DNA from: Botryllus schlosseri
Lineage: Eukaryota
DNA: 64,000 nucleotides
NCBI GenBank assembly: GCA_051294905.1
Contig: CM119378.1
Location: 2,172,001 to 2,236,000, forward strand
Direction: 5' to 3'
Shown one piece after another: positions 12,101-25,189 of the stretch (its first letter is position 1; every line of letters starts with the position of its first letter). The position numbers and the translations under genes were made by a program. The notes beneath the pieces were generated by a model, which did not search any database, was not told the origin of the DNA, and saw only the letters and a list, made by a program, of their open reading frames with translations.

Positions 12101-15100
12101 TGATTTTGATGGAAATCTTTTAAAAATTTTACATGGTTCGATTAACAATTGGATAATATATTTATATTGATATAAATCCAAATATTTCTGGCTGGCCCAC
12201 GTCAGGGGTGGTCGTCAGCAACTAATAAAGAAACGGATGTGTATATCAACAATCGTATCACAGTTCACCATAAGATTGGTGATATACAATGTTCTTTCTA
12301 CTTCTCTACTAGTTGCTGACGATTACATCAGTATCAGCCGAAAATACTCAGGTTTATTGCAATACAAATGTATTATTCAATTCTATATTGAAGTTCTGTA
12401 CCTTTAAGAAGCTTTCAAAATAATTTCGCTGGTTTCAGTGATGTATCTTTTATGAAATTGACACAAAACCCTATTTCAAACGTTCGTATTGGGAGGCATA
12501 AATAATCAAGATTTGAGGTGTTGCGTATCAGCTTTTCACTACCCGGATAATGGATAAAAGGGAGCCAACATAGCCATCTCGGTAAATGTTTGCCGTCTCG
12601 TGTGTGTATAACCTGACGGTGTAATTGCGTCTGTTTCAGGATGCTAGCGCACTAATTGACCTAGCGTGTGAGTCACTCTTTGCTTAAGTAGGCTCGGTCA
12701 GCAATTTTGATCGACCTATTCTGCTTGTACATTGAGCTGGAAATTATTAGCCCAGGCCCAAAACGTCTCATTTTAGCCGAGTTTGCAATAAACAAAGGTG
12801 GCTATTGAAAAGCACTCGTAACTCGTTTCAAAGAGGTCGATTTTGTTTAGGATTTCTATACTTTTAGCAGTTAATTGGTGGTGATTACTTTTGATATGTC
12901 TTCGCAACTAACCCTTAATGACTAATAACACTAGAAATAGGTAAAATCTTTAAAAGTGTGTTCAGTTTTTGTGCTACAAGGACTATTTCATGTGGTTTAC
13001 AATTCCTCTTCACGTGGCTCAATTCCAGCCAGTAGAAGCGGAGTTATTGCCGTCGAAAAATTTGGATTATGAATAAAACAGTATTTACGGTGACCAATTC
13101 TTTAATTATTTATTGTAGTGGTGCCCACCGTAAATACTATTTTATTCAAATCCAAATTTTCCGTCGGCAATAACTCCATTAACTCCGCTTCCACTGTTTG
13201 GAATTGAACCAAATTTGGCCAATATCGTTTCTATAGACAACCTAACACTTTCATGTGGTGAACAGAAAATTTTCAAATTTTTGTTATTTATTTTTATATA
13301 ATATATAGAGACTTTCTTCTCCTGTAGCAATGCGGCTACTGGTTGGAATTGAACCAAATTTGGTGTGTAGGCTTAAATTAGGTAACCTAACAATTTTATC
13401 AAGTAGCCAGTGCGATTTGAGAAAAAAAGTCATTTTTGAAGAGCCCTAGTGTTGAATCATGACCTTATCTGTCTCAGTATTCACTTTCAAAAAATTCAAG
13501 GTTTGAAGAAGTACAGTAGCCTGTAGCTGCGGCTAACGGAACAATAAATAGATTTCGCTTATTTCTTTTGCTAATACTGCTTTGGCGCTTTGCCGTATTT
13601 TGTATATAGTTGTTAGGCTGTATCACCTTTGTATGAATGAAATATTTTAACTGGACCTTTGCTAAAATATAGTTGATAGCGCAAATCTGCAAAATTGATT
13701 CTGCATCGGCACCATTCTAGAATTATTTTTTATCTTTCAGGTGCTCGCTGTGTGGCCGTGCGCACTCTTTGTGTTTCTGGAAGTTTTCTTTACGAAAAAT
13801 CGTATGGTGACCCACGTTCTCCAAATGCTTTACACGATCCTGCTTATCTTCCAAGGGGTCTGGTTTTGGATGGTGAGTAACTGTAAGGTTTCGCTTATTT
13901 TTCTATTGCTTGTGCTTCAATGAAAAATTCAAGTTTTTCAATGTTTGAAATATCTGACCCCCTACATCAGTGTTTCTTAATCAGGGTTCCTACAAACGCC
14001 GGTGCTGCAGGTCAAGACACACACCACACATACATCTATTCATTATCAATGTTTTGTTTTATATGGGAATCATGTTTCAATGGTCTTGTGATGATGCACA
14101 CTTCATTTCGTGCACCAGTGTTCTGTGGTAATGTATTAGTTGTGTGTAATAAGGTGGTCTTTTGTTTTTTGACTAGGTGAAAATTTGTGGTACGACGAAG
14201 GCTGCATATTAGCTTACGTCTTGCTGGGTTAGTATAGGTTAAGAAGCGCTGTCTTATATTTTTCAATATTCTTGGAATGTTAGCAAACTTTCAAAGTGAA
14301 CATCAGATATATCTGACCATTGCCAATCAATCAATTTGAAATTATCATTGATCGGTTTTGGATTGGATTTTGATGTTTGCGTCACCGTGCTTATCTTGGT
14401 TTAGGAGACGCAAATAGTAATCAATGTTGTCGTGTAAATCTGTATTTTTCGCATTTCTTTGGTAAGGTGGTGATCGAGAATGTTATAATGCTTTTTTTCT
14501 GCCAGGTCGCATACATTCTCTATCCGCCCGACCACAAGACTTGGGACCCTTGCTACACCGAAGGAATGCCAGGTACGTTGTCGGTCTCGCAGTCTTGATT
14601 ATGAATAGTTCACTCGTAATTGAGGCTTGACAAAGTCGACTAGCAGAGTGACTCGATTGTAAATTGAGTGTTAGATTTCGAGTAGTGTATTCTAGCACCA
14701 TTTATGCGACCACAGGGAAATTAATGCCAGTTTTACCTCACATTAAAGGTAATTTGGTATTTTTTGACCGTACCTGTTTCATTGCACTTTGTGTTATTGA
14801 TGTCTAAAAATAATGATTTGACTAAATTGGTGTTTACGGTGGCCAATTCTTGATTATTTATTATAATTGAGCCCACTGTTGAAACTATTTTATTAAAATT
14901 TTCGACATCAATAACTCCACTTTCGCTGGTTAAAATTGAGCCAAATTCGGTGAGCATCGTTTCTATGGACAACTAAACAATTTCATGGGGTGAACAGAAA
15001 ATTTTAAACTTTTTATTATAATTGTGCCCACCGTAAATACTATTTTATTCAAATCCAAATTTTTCGATATCAATAACTCCGCTTCTGCTGGTTAGAATTA

Positions 15101-17035
15101 AGCCAAATTTGGTGAACATCGTTTCTATAGACAACCTAACAATTTCATGGAGTGAACATAATATTAAAAAAATTTCATTTCTATATAATAAATAAAAAAC
15201 TTTCTTCTCCTGTAGCAAAGCAGCTACTGTTTGGAATTGAACCAAATTTGGTATGCAGGCTTCAATTAGGTAACCTAACAATTCTATCAAGTAACCAGTA
15301 GAATTTGAGAAAAAAGTCATTTTTGAACACCCCTAATGACCAATTTAGGTTTCAAGGCTTCTTCCACAATAGAAAAAATTTTCCAATCCATAAAAAATTT
15401 TGCTGATGAATTGACTGTGGTGCCGTACGATGCAATAGCGTCATCTTGAATGGTGGTAATCTCCGTTTTCAGGTCACGATAACGAAAATACGTGCAGCGG
15501 CGACAAGGAGCAGCTGTCCCATCTCAATTTGATGTTCCTGACGATGTTCTGGACGTGGGCCCTCGCCATTGTCATTATTGTGGTGATGGTGATCTATTTC
15601 CTCTTGTACAGGTGAGACTTTTACCGCAGTTTTGACTAGGCATTGGTTTGAATGGTGGTTTTTGGCAGAGGTGAAGTACTTCTTTTCCTGGAGGGAGACC
15701 GTTTGAACAGTATTCCAGGCAATTTTTACAAATTGGATTTTGTAAATTAGAAAGTAATTTTGGATTGGAATATTAGCCTGTATCAGCCTTTTTCGTTGAC
15801 AATGTGGACATGTACTTTGCAATGTTGAATGTCGGCTCGTTAAGTACTAGTACTCCTGTGCTGATCAAGTAGAATTACTCCTGTACTGACCGCCTATGGT
15901 TGTTAGGTGTAAGTAATGCGATTCGGACGCATTGTGATGCGACACGCATGGTTGACCGAGTTGTAATGACTCGTTCACAATTCCTTAGTGACTCGACCTA
16001 ACTTGAGTCAATTTGTGTGTTGACTCCAGGGTTGTAACCAAGTCGCAAGGCTCCGAGTCACAAGTCAATTTCACTTTTATTGATTTGACTCGAGTCAAGT
16101 CGAGTCATTTTCAATTCACCACAAAGTCAAGTCAGCGAACAGACGGTCGAGTCTGAGTCATGGTATTATGACTCGAGTCCGAGTCCAAGTCATTGTGTTG
16201 ACGGCTCAGTTTCCAGTTGAAGTCTTGTTAAACTCTCCTTATATAACTATGTTTGGTGATATCGAATGTTTCGCATTTATAATATACTAATTTTCCTCAC
16301 TTTTAGCAGTTTCTGGTCACATTTTCAAGTACCAGTACCAATCAGACGAAATCCCAGCAGGATGGTTACTTCACAATTCTTCGAAAATACTATAAAATGC
16401 CGGTCTTGGCCGTCTGAGTCTCGAGTCATATGACTTGGTCCGAGTCATGCGCGATGACTCGAGTCCAAGTCGAGTCAAGACACAGATTGACACTAGTCGA
16501 GTCATTTCCGTATTTTGAAAATATGACTCGAGTCATTACAACCCTGGTTGACTCTATCAAGTCGTATGATTTGAGACTCTAACGGCCGAGACAGGCATTT
16601 TATTGTGACTTCTAAAATTAGTAAAATCTCCACATCAATCGTAATTTGTGTATCAGGATTGGTAATCGAAAAATAGGGTCGGAATCTGTTTAGAGTGAGG
16701 TGAGCTCGATAATATGAATGTGGGGTATTCGCTATCACCCAAGCAGAGTTGCAAATAGTGGGTGGAACATTACTTGGACTCGGTCCTGTGCTCCTCAAAG
16801 CTATAAAAGTAAAATTGACTTCTGACTCAGATCCCTGTGTCACTTGACGACAACCCTGACAATTATAATTGACGCGATTGAACCTGATTGCAGATTCTTC
16901 AAAATGAGACGCACGTTAGATCCGTCCTTTCACAAGTCCTGGCGGGACGAAATGATGAGCCTGACCGCTTCGAACAAGCAAAATGGCATGGCCGGCGGTC
17001 TCCTGGGGCACGTTGACGATGAGGACGAGCTCTGA
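6137..17035 (+). CDS. TMEM45: TMEM45-family multi-pass membrane protein, 8 coding exons, 319 aa (isoform using exon 1b)
   Basis: Manual GT-AG splicing: 6137-6228, 8566-8675, 11153-11323, 11628-11734, 13741-13872, 14506-14572, 15473-15611, 16894-17035 = 960 nt, all phases consistent. Family motifs GHxLPGTFF, MNWQHATMYLFFG, EGYLFYFH and QGVWFW. Confidence 0.9.
8300..8425 (+). repeat. Hammerhead-containing dispersed repeat, degenerate copy
   Basis: cccctggcgagtgtcagccggaaatatttgggg followed by the family tail atatgaatatgc...tgtatattgaagttctgtatctccaagaag. Confidence 0.75.
9354..10679 (+). mobile_element. hAT-superfamily DNA transposon, internally deleted
   Basis: TIR CAGGGTTGCCA...TGGCAACCCTG with 8-bp TSD GGTATATT. 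Transposase remnant DCTSQMFKAIFPDSNIANKFCSARTKTTSII at ~10190-10320. Inserted into a hammerhead-repeat copy that continues at 10680-10810. Confidence 0.88.
12160..12415. repeat. Head-to-head inverted pair of hammerhead-repeat copies
   Basis: Minus copy at ~12160-12265 (cacgtcaggggtggtcgtcagcaacta) and plus copy at ~12270-12415 (tagttgctgacgatta...tcagccgaaaata). Confidence 0.7.
12950..13450. repeat. MITE-like repeat with internal tandem subunits (related copies ~14800-15335 and ~51700-52030)
   Basis: Recurrent units gacaacctaacaatttcat / ataactccgcttc / ggaattgaaccaaatttgg. The first two loci end with a shared aaaagtcatttttgaa...cccta. Confidence 0.65.
16027..16546. mobile_element. hAT-type MITE with GACTCGAGTC subterminal repeats
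   Basis: TIR CAGGGTTGTAA...TTACAACCCTG with perfect 8-bp TSD GTTGACTC, nested in an older relative. Further copies or fragments at ~34550-34942, ~40500-40700, ~55850-56280 and ~62840-63980. Confidence 0.85.
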
Positions 17036-17059
17036 GCGATTTTCGCGGACCAAAGACTT

Positions 17060-17360
17060 TCAATATACAATGAGTAATATATTCACATTGATGTGAACTC
17101 AAATCGACTGATACTCGTCAGGGGTTATCGTCAACAACTAGCGGAGTATTGGGAATACGAATATATGGCAACATCCCATTTGTTCGTTTCGATTATTCCA
17201 ATTTTCATGCCTGTAACGTCTTGTGGTAGGATTGTTGATATACAATTCTCTACTAGTTGTTGACGATTATCCCTGACGAGTGTCAGCCAAAAATATTGGG
17301 GTTCATTTCAATGTGATTATACTATTCAATTGTATGTTGAAGTTGTGCACCTCCGAAAGT
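17060..17360. repeat. Inverted pair of hammerhead-repeat copies just downstream of the TMEM45 stop codon
   Basis: Minus copy at ~17060-17150 (tactcgtcaggggttatcgtcaacaacta) and plus copy at ~17225-17360 (tagttgttgacgattatccctgacgagtgtcagcc). A further truncated minus copy lies at ~17555-17595. Confidence 0.75.
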
Positions 17361-18889
17361 CTTTTCAAAAGACGGTTTGTCTTGACAGCCGTTTTCAAGC
17401 CCAGCGTTACGCTCGCAGTGTGTTCGTAGTGTAGCCAGTCTCGGCGAACGTAATTTATTTGCGTAGATCTATAATTTAGATGTGGTAGAGTTCAATATAT
17501 TTCGCGAATCGGCGTAATTTAAGGTTTAATTTTATAAGGTACGATCAAATATTATATCTGCGTTGATATGAACCCGAATATTTTCGGCTGACACGTAATG
17601 GCTTTTCCCAAAGTTTGTAACCACTGTAAATTGAAGCGTGTTGTTCGCTGGCATACAGGCGTACTTTATTTTCATTCCAATAATCAACAGTAATAGTCTA
17701 CTTGCAGAAATCAGATATTTTCAATGTGCAGTCTATTAATTTATTTCAAAAACTTGGATGTTTTGTATTAACTATAGCCTGAGTGATATTGTATTTTCAA
17801 GCTATCACTTTCACCGATAACCTTGATATATTCAACCGATATTTAAAAGAATATGGCATTTAGATTAAGACGCATTTCTAAAACGTTACAGCAGTTCTTC
17901 GGGCGGCTTTACAGCACTTGCTAGGCTTGGGCATGAAATTAACGAGAGAGTCTCCATCTGGACATCTGTCTGATAAGAAATATGTCTATATTCCTTCTCT
18001 GGCTGTCTCACATTATAGTTCACCGACTTTCTACTACCATGTTGTGACGTCATAATAATTGCAGATTTATATTATCGGTGAATATAGTGGGTCTTTTGCA
18101 CTAGAACTGTTATATTGGTATATTATTAAACATATAGAGGTACCAAAACGCACTACGCAGTGAATTGGCAATTTATGAGATGAATTATTGAAATTTGCTA
18201 TGTCGTGTTTCTCGTCAGTGCACAGTTTTGATGTGGTACATTTTGTGATTTGTTTTTTGCTGGATCTGTTATTATGCAACTTTTGTTCTATGATTGTGGG
18301 CTGTGTGATGATATTTTTCCAATCTTAGCAGTAATTTATAGTTCTCTTATTTAATTGTTGAAATGAAATACCAAGGAAGACTTTTTGAATGATGTGATCG
18401 ATCACATGAGCGTGCTGAATTTTTCTGTGGCGAAATTAAGGATAGCCTTTATGTAAATCTATTTTCGTTATCATCTGTTACCATAATCCCTATTATATAA
18501 ACAAGACTTGTTTTAAAATGTGGCAGTAATTGTATTAATTTGCACCATTGTCTCTTTGCAGAAGATGAAGTTTAAGACATATTTTTCAATTATTTAACGT
18601 GTGAAGTGTTGCATGCGTGATTCATTTTCCTTTATATTGTTAACAAGATTTATCTGTTGATGTAATAATAGCAGAGTGAGTTTCATAGTGTCCTAGCACC
18701 GTTGTTCCAATACATGCGTTTGAACAAAGGGAGTTCTTTTGGCGTCCTGCAGTAGGTTGGTAGCTAGTGTATAGCGGAATTGGAAAACTAACTTTTCCAA
18801 GTAGGATTTAAATTAGGATTATAGCGACACAGTTATTACTAATTAGATCAGAATTCCTGATTAGATCGAGATACAACAAAAAATCAAGT

Positions 18890-19330
18890 CAATCAATCAA
18901 TCAGGTTTATTAATATTTTCATCGTTTCAAAACATCACAGGACTGCGATACAATGATAAGATAGGAAGGTGTCGAAACAACTTGGAGTAGCCATTAAGAT
19001 CAGACACCCACCTTAGCCTAGGCGAAGTAAATAAGAGGCATGCACACTGAGTGAAAAGTAATGCAGAGAATATTAGACGCAAGCGACAAAATGGGGTGGC
19101 ATGTGGCGGAGGGCGAGGTCGATGTTAGGTCGTGGTCCGGTAATCCTGAAGACTGGCTAGTATTGATTTAGAAGAAATTGCTTGTATTTCGACTTGAATG
19201 CGGACATGCTCGACGACTGTCGGATAGCCGGCGAGATGCTGTTCCACAATTGGGGTCCAGCATACTTGATAGAGCAATGCGTTTTCTTGTATTCAGTCCT
19301 GATCATATGGTAGTTGTTCTTCGATGACTT
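18890..19330 (-). mobile_element. LINE (CR1/L2-like) 3' fragment
   Basis: ORF2 C-terminus-like SIKYAGPQLWNSISPAIRQSSSMSAFKSKYKQFLL* followed by a 3' UTR and a (TTGA)n-type tail. Related tails at ~19380-19479 plus 21520-21940, ~22180-22310, ~52480-52680 and ~60240-60360. Confidence 0.75.
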
Positions 19331-20713
19331 CTCATTAGTTATTATGAGAATCATCGTTGGTTTATTAGCAATTTTATCAGTTCAATGCACCACAAAAAAT
19401 GCGACACAATGAATGGACAGGAAGATGTCGAAGCGACTTGGATTAGTCAATGGAATCAGACACCCACCTAGGCCTAGGCCAGTGGTTCCCAACCTTTTTC
19501 GGCTCGTGGACGCCTTGGCCGATATTTGAGTCTAAATTCCAACCCTAAGAAAAAGTTGCCCGGATACTAAAAAGGTGCTTTTTAACGCACAGCCATTTGT
19601 TGACTGATCAAAATATGCCAAAACGTATTCAGATATGCCCTAACTATATTGAATGCGGACCGCATTACACTTTCGTAAAGTACCGCTGACAACTTCCATA
19701 TCAATTATTTAACACTAGGTGTATTGTTATCAGTGGTGGCTTTTGGTGTGGTCGGTCACCCAGGGGCCCTTGGTCGAAGGATCTCCCATCTTTGGTTTAA
19801 GTGCTTTTTCAAGGATTATAGCGAATAAACGTGGAAATCCGTGTACCAATCAAGAAGATGATTCCGTACAGATGGGTCAATCATCAAATCTCTGCATTTG
19901 TTAGAAAAGTTCCATTACCCGAAAATCAAACCTTGACGTGGTGTGTTGGCTTATTACTAATGTCCCCCGATAGCTTGCCAAATAAATGTGGTCTATTAGC
20001 CTGCAGCAGTTGTATCGCTGTTTGATTATTTCACGCTACATGCCATACATCTTCAACATGAAGACATGAGATATATTTAATTGGGTCACATATATTTTAT
20101 AATTTTACAATGTATATAATAAAAGAAGGCGCAGGAGCTGCAACAATTCAACATTGAAGCCTGCTTCATAACCGTGTTACAGTGTCATACACGTGAGTGA
20201 CGTAATTCAGGTCCATATGGCGCATTAATTTAGGTTGGTAATAATATAAACGAGGGGGGGTCTGGGGGTGAAGTCCCCCAAAAGCTGCGATTACATACTT
20301 ATAGGGCCCCGAGAAGTCTCGCCCAGGACCCTCCAATAGTAGGGCCACCACTGATTGTTATCAAAAATTTATCTAAATCAAAAAATTATCTAATAGTAAG
20401 GGCATTTTATGAAATATTTCACAAATCTGTGAACTATATAAATCAAAAGAAATTAGGTCATGACTTTCCGTTGTTCCGCCTGTTTTTACTTGTCGGGTAG
20501 CTCCTGACTACAAATAAATCACCAAATTCGCTTTTGCGATCGCCTTGAGTTGAATCAATGAATTTCGTGTTTTTCACGTTAGCAGAGACGTTGGCTTATA
20601 AAGGTAAACATTTTCCCCAACGGCCTTTTTGTGCTGCATTCCCCCCGACTTTTCCCTGCTTGGTAGCAATTTGGTCGATATAGGCTGTCGCTGGCCCAAC
20701 GACATTGTCTCAC

Positions 20714-20765
20714 CATAGTGTTCTAGAACATGTGTTCTAGTGTTCTAGTGTTCTAGAACACTATG
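20714..20765. mobile_element. 52-bp palindromic micro-MITE (P-element-like CATAG ends)
   Basis: CATAGTGTTCTAGAACA...TGTTCTAGAACACTATG flanked by the 7-bp direct repeat GTCTCAC. Confidence 0.65.
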
Positions 20766-20816
20766 GTCTCACACGTCTCACTTTTTCAAGGGGTGGAAGA
20801 TTATAGAGGCATATAA

Positions 20817-21320
20817 TAGGCTTACCATACGTCCTCTTTTAAGAGGATTTGTCCTCTTTTTTGCCTTTTTTGAAAGTGTCCTCGGAGGACGCCCTTTTGC
20901 CCTCTTTTTTCAGATTTTGTCCTCTTTTTTGAAAATTTAGGTCAGATTGAGAGGAAATTGCGAGTGATATGCCGCAAATTAGCGCAGAAGTGAAGCTCCG
21001 GCGGGTATTTCGGAGGGAAAAGCAGTGATTTTAGCTCTGAGCGAAAAGAAGACCTTTTTTTTTTTTTTAGTCATCCACCTGTTAATGTGGAGAGATAAAC
21101 GGTATTTTGAGCTCTGAGCAGAAGTGATGACCTTTTTTTTTTTTAGTCATCCACCTGACAATGTGGAGTAAAAAACGCTATTTTGAGCTCTGAGCGGAAA
21201 AGATGACCTTTTTTTTTAGTCAACAATTAACCGGTTTTTGAGAATTTCACTCCGGTTTTGCAAGTTGCAAATTTCTGAAAAAGTGTCCTCTTTTTTGATT
21301 TCCAAAATATGGTAAGCCTA
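20817..21320. mobile_element. hAT-type MITE (TAGGCTTACCATA TIR)
   Basis: TIR TAGGCTTACCATA...TATGGTAAGCCTA with perfect TSD GCATATAA. A second copy lies in the opposite orientation at 48331-48835. Confidence 0.88.
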
Positions 21321-22788
21321 GCATATAAATATATATTTAGCTAAGAGTCCGCAAAAAAAACCTTCAAAGAACTAGTTTCATACTTTGCAGTTCTAACATA
21401 AAAGTCGAAATATGTTGCGAACCCAGTGTATCTTGCGTTACAACGCTAAAGCCAAATTCCCCCCTAAAAGTTTCGAAATTCCCCACAAGGAGGGAATTCC
21501 CCCCGGTTGGGAACCACTGGCCTTGGCGATGTAACGAGGAGGCATGCACACTGAATGAAAGTAAAGAAGAAAGTATAGAAAAAGAAAGCGACAAGAATGG
21601 GGCGGCATGTCATGGGAAGCGAGATCGATAGGTCAGTCGTGGTCCGGTAATCTTGAAGATGGACTGTATTTATTTAATAGTAATTGCTTGTATTTCGACT
21701 TGAATGTGGACATGCTCGTCGACTGTCGGATGGCCGGCGGGATACTGTTCCACACATCAGGTCCGGCATATTTGATAGAGCGATGATCTTTTCGGTCGAT
21801 CATATGATATTTGGACGACGTGGACGCGCGTGTGTTGTACTTGTGCGCTTTTGCTTCCGAGGTAAAGAAGTCATTGAAATATTCGGGGCAACGACTGCCT
21901 ATTGCGGTTTCAATGTAGCATTTTCAGTGAAACCAGTAATTAGATTAGAATAAAAACGAGCCCGTGGGAACATTTCACAAATTGAATCGTCGTCATTTCT
22001 CTAGTATGTAGGTAATTGTATAGTTAAATCATTCTGTAGAAAAAAGTGACCTTTTGCGCATCATGTATTGCTTCAGTGCTCTTTTCAACCCTTATGACGG
22101 TTTTTTCAACCCTTATGACGGTTTGCACTAGTGAGAATGAAAATTGTCCATATTTCTACGTCATCTTTGGTTTATTAGCAATTTTTATCAGTTCAATACA
22201 CCACAAAATGCGATACAATGAAAACACAGGAGGTGTCGAAGCGACTTTTGTAGTAGTCTATGGAATCAGACACCCACCTTGGCCTAGGCGAGGTAAAGAG
22301 GAGGCATTTCTGACGTAGAATAATTCAAATTAACTTAATGGGATATTAAGTACAGTGAGCCCGTAGCTTTTGTCGTTTGGACACATTTCTAAAAACTTGT
22401 TGGTAGCTGTGCTTTTCTAGTTCACAAGAGAGGAGCGCTCCCGAAGCGTTTATATTGCAAAGTCTGAGAGAATTTTTCCGCACGAGAGGATTACGTCAAT
22501 GCCTAGAGAAAAGGAAGTAGTGGAATTGGTTAGATAAAATTATATTAAAGGTCAACTGCATCTTCATGACAACTTTGCGGAATCATGTTCAGAATTATTT
22601 TTCATAACGAAATTACCGACTTTCCGTGTTTCAACTCAATCGGAAATTGCCGTAATTTTGACTGAAAGTTCCAATATTGGCATGTTTACAGAAAAAGCAG
22701 AATGTGCATTGTGACGTCAAGTGAGTGACACATATTATCAACACGGGTCACAGCGGCTGTTTGTGTTCTCGCAGTTTTTATTCTAGTC

Positions 22789-24264
22789 CAGTGGTTCTTA
22801 ACCTTGTCCCCAGCGCCCCCCAGGGGGCGCTGGCGGTTTTGAAGGGGGGCGGAAACGCTCAGGGGGCGATATGGGGGGCGGTATGGGGGGCGCTGGAGAA
22901 AAATGGCTTCGCAGTAGATGATGTGGTGATAGGACATATCCTTAATGAGTATTCAGAGCAAATTAACACCGAAAACTCCGTTACATATAGCCTTCAAAAT
23001 ACATATAGGTTTAATTGTCCATGGGCGCCTAAATGACTGACACCGAATGTTCCTGTCTTGGCAATCTGAACCCCAGAAGACGAATTCCATCTGGCAGGGA
23101 AAAATTATATGTCAGTGAAGAAATACCAATCTGAAATCGTGTGCGTCTTTTAGTTTAGTACGATTGGGCGACAGGGATATTCCTGTTGGGCGATATCCCC
23201 GTTGAGCGATTCTATATTTTTTGATATTGCAGACAGGGGTCACGAAATAACATCATGCAACGAAGTCATACCAACGGGTTCGCCCGGCCGAATATGTTTA
23301 ATTATTAGTAACGGGCCCTACAGTTTCCAAGAAACCTCACAATGTTCGCTTTAAGTTTTGATGAGTCTGCGCACACTCAACAACTCACTGCGCTGACCCC
23401 TGGACAACAGTGCGTATCGACTAAAAAAGGTAATAACTTCGGATTTGTTGTGCGCAACGTAGATTTTCTGTGGGCAGAGACCGTGTCAGCACTGCGCACG
23501 TGCGCAGCTTAGAGGGAACATTGCACCTCACTCAGCTCTACCGGTAAATGTGTTTACGTGAGCAGAGCGAGGATAAAAATTAATCTCAATTTACATGCAG
23601 TTCCCGATGATATTGACCAATTCACTCATTAATTAGTGAAATTTGTCGTGCTTCATGCGACTAGGCGAGAATAGCTGCCTCAGTAAATGGACACCCAATG
23701 TAGATACCTAACAGGCTTTCAGCAAATAGAGAACAGCCTAATGGGGGCCTGGGAGTGAAGTCCCCCGGAAGCTTGGTTTATCACCCGATGGGGGCCCAGG
23801 ACCAACGTTTTTTGTTTGGGGGGGGGGGGGGGGCTGACGAAGTGCTGTTACGGCCCTGGTAACGAATAATTGTACCTGCGGGCACGCCCGAATATGTTTA
23901 ATTATTAATTACGTGCCCTGTATCTTCCTAAACAGCTCACTCAGTTTATCGCGACTTATATATGCAATTACCACCTATTCATTCATGCATTATAGAAAAT
24001 TTTGGTACCTAGGGCGACCAGGCCACACAAACTTTGCTGACCATCGAAATCACGATAGGGGGTTCGTGGGGGCGAAGCCCTCAGAAGTTCGGTTTATCAC
24101 GCTATGGGTGCGCAAGGCAATCGTTTTAGGGGGTTGACGAAGTGCTGTTACGGCCCCCCTCTTACTCATTGTCTTTATTACATTCCTTAAAATTATGAAG
24201 TTGGGGGGGGAGCACGATAATTTTTGAAAGGGGGCGCTGGAGGAAAAAAGGTTAAGAACCACTG
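22789..24264. mobile_element. hAT/Charlie-type non-autonomous element nested in the Kolobok element
   Basis: TIR CAGTGGTTCTTAACCTT...AAGGTTAAGAACCACTG with perfect TSD TTCTAGTC. Contains a small CAATGTTC...GAACATTG MITE at 23340-23523. Confidence 0.88.
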
Positions 24265-24774
24265 TTCTAGTCAGTTATGGCCGAGGTTTCCATTGTAACG
24301 GATTCGCCAAGTGATATTGAGACTGAGTCCGAGTACTCGGATATCGAATGTTAGTGTCATTTTTGCACGTACTTACAAAATTACCGTTTAAATGCCGGAT
24401 TGGTTCAGGTGTTGATGCGCTCGGTACCACGTCAGTGGAACCCCCTGCAGCTTCATATGATGGGACATAATCAGCCAGGTTGGAATTCCGGTACGCTTAG
24501 CGCAATATCTTTGGTGTGCCAAGGCGGTTCTCGGCGTCACACCTGTGTGCAATGTGCATTCAGTAGAATCTTTGGTGTGCACGAGACACCGATTCCATAT
24601 TGGATAATCAGCCTAGCTTGCTCAGCGCAAGCCACTCGTCGAGACTACATAAAATACAGTTGTATATATATACGCTGTAGTGTAATAGCTCGTTTCAGTC
24701 ATGTATCTTGATATCTGATATCTTGATAAGTTTTTGCTGTAAGGAGGTTCCGAGAGCTACTGACAGGATTAAAG

Positions 24775-25105
24775 TGTATCACAGAATTGCCAGGATGCAA
24801 TTCTGTCTGTCAGGACGTTGACGTATTGGAGATGTCCTACTATCAACAGGAATATGGCCGCAGAATAATAACATCGAGTTCAATGCATGAATGGGATGAG
24901 TCTCTGATTCGGTTGCCAAATACTTTTCTCGCACTAATACACTTGTTTTCCCTTTTCAGGAAGTTGAAACATACTGCATACAGAAATTGTGTTCGCTGGG
25001 TATGGGGATTCTGTGGCAAAAACCAGCGGAAAATCCTGCCTGCATGCGTTATTACTGCTGTCCGAACAAAATTTATGTCAAATTCTTACAAAGGATTCCA
25101 GTTCA
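24775..25105 (+). pseudogene. P2X7 C-terminal (ballast) domain-like accessory gene of the Kolobok element, decayed
   Basis: CITELPGCNSVCQDVDVLE ... KHTAYRNCVRWVWGFCGKNQRKILPACVITAVRTKF...YKGF resembles the ballast consensus (CIT..PGF..VCL; YR...W.W..LG...R..LP.C....IR..F....Y.GF). Probable intron ending ttttcag at ~24959. Confidence 0.75.
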
Positions 25106-25189
25106 GTACGCCACATTGTGAATGTACACTGTACAGTTGTATTCCAAATAATAAACGCATATAACTCATCGACCAAAATAACTACTGTG

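Larger units (their letters stand above)
19480..21519. mobile_element. hAT/Charlie-type non-autonomous element inserted in a LINE tail
   Basis: TIR CAGTGGTTCCCAACC...GGTTGGGAACCACTG; TSD GCCTAGGC/GCCTTGGC (7/8). Confidence 0.8.

Noticed and set aside
17015..17035. TMEM45 ends in DDEDEL, resembling a KDEL-type ER retrieval signal
   Set aside because: Acidic tails are common in TMEM45 proteins, and the tail is probably cytosolic, where KDEL receptors cannot bind it.
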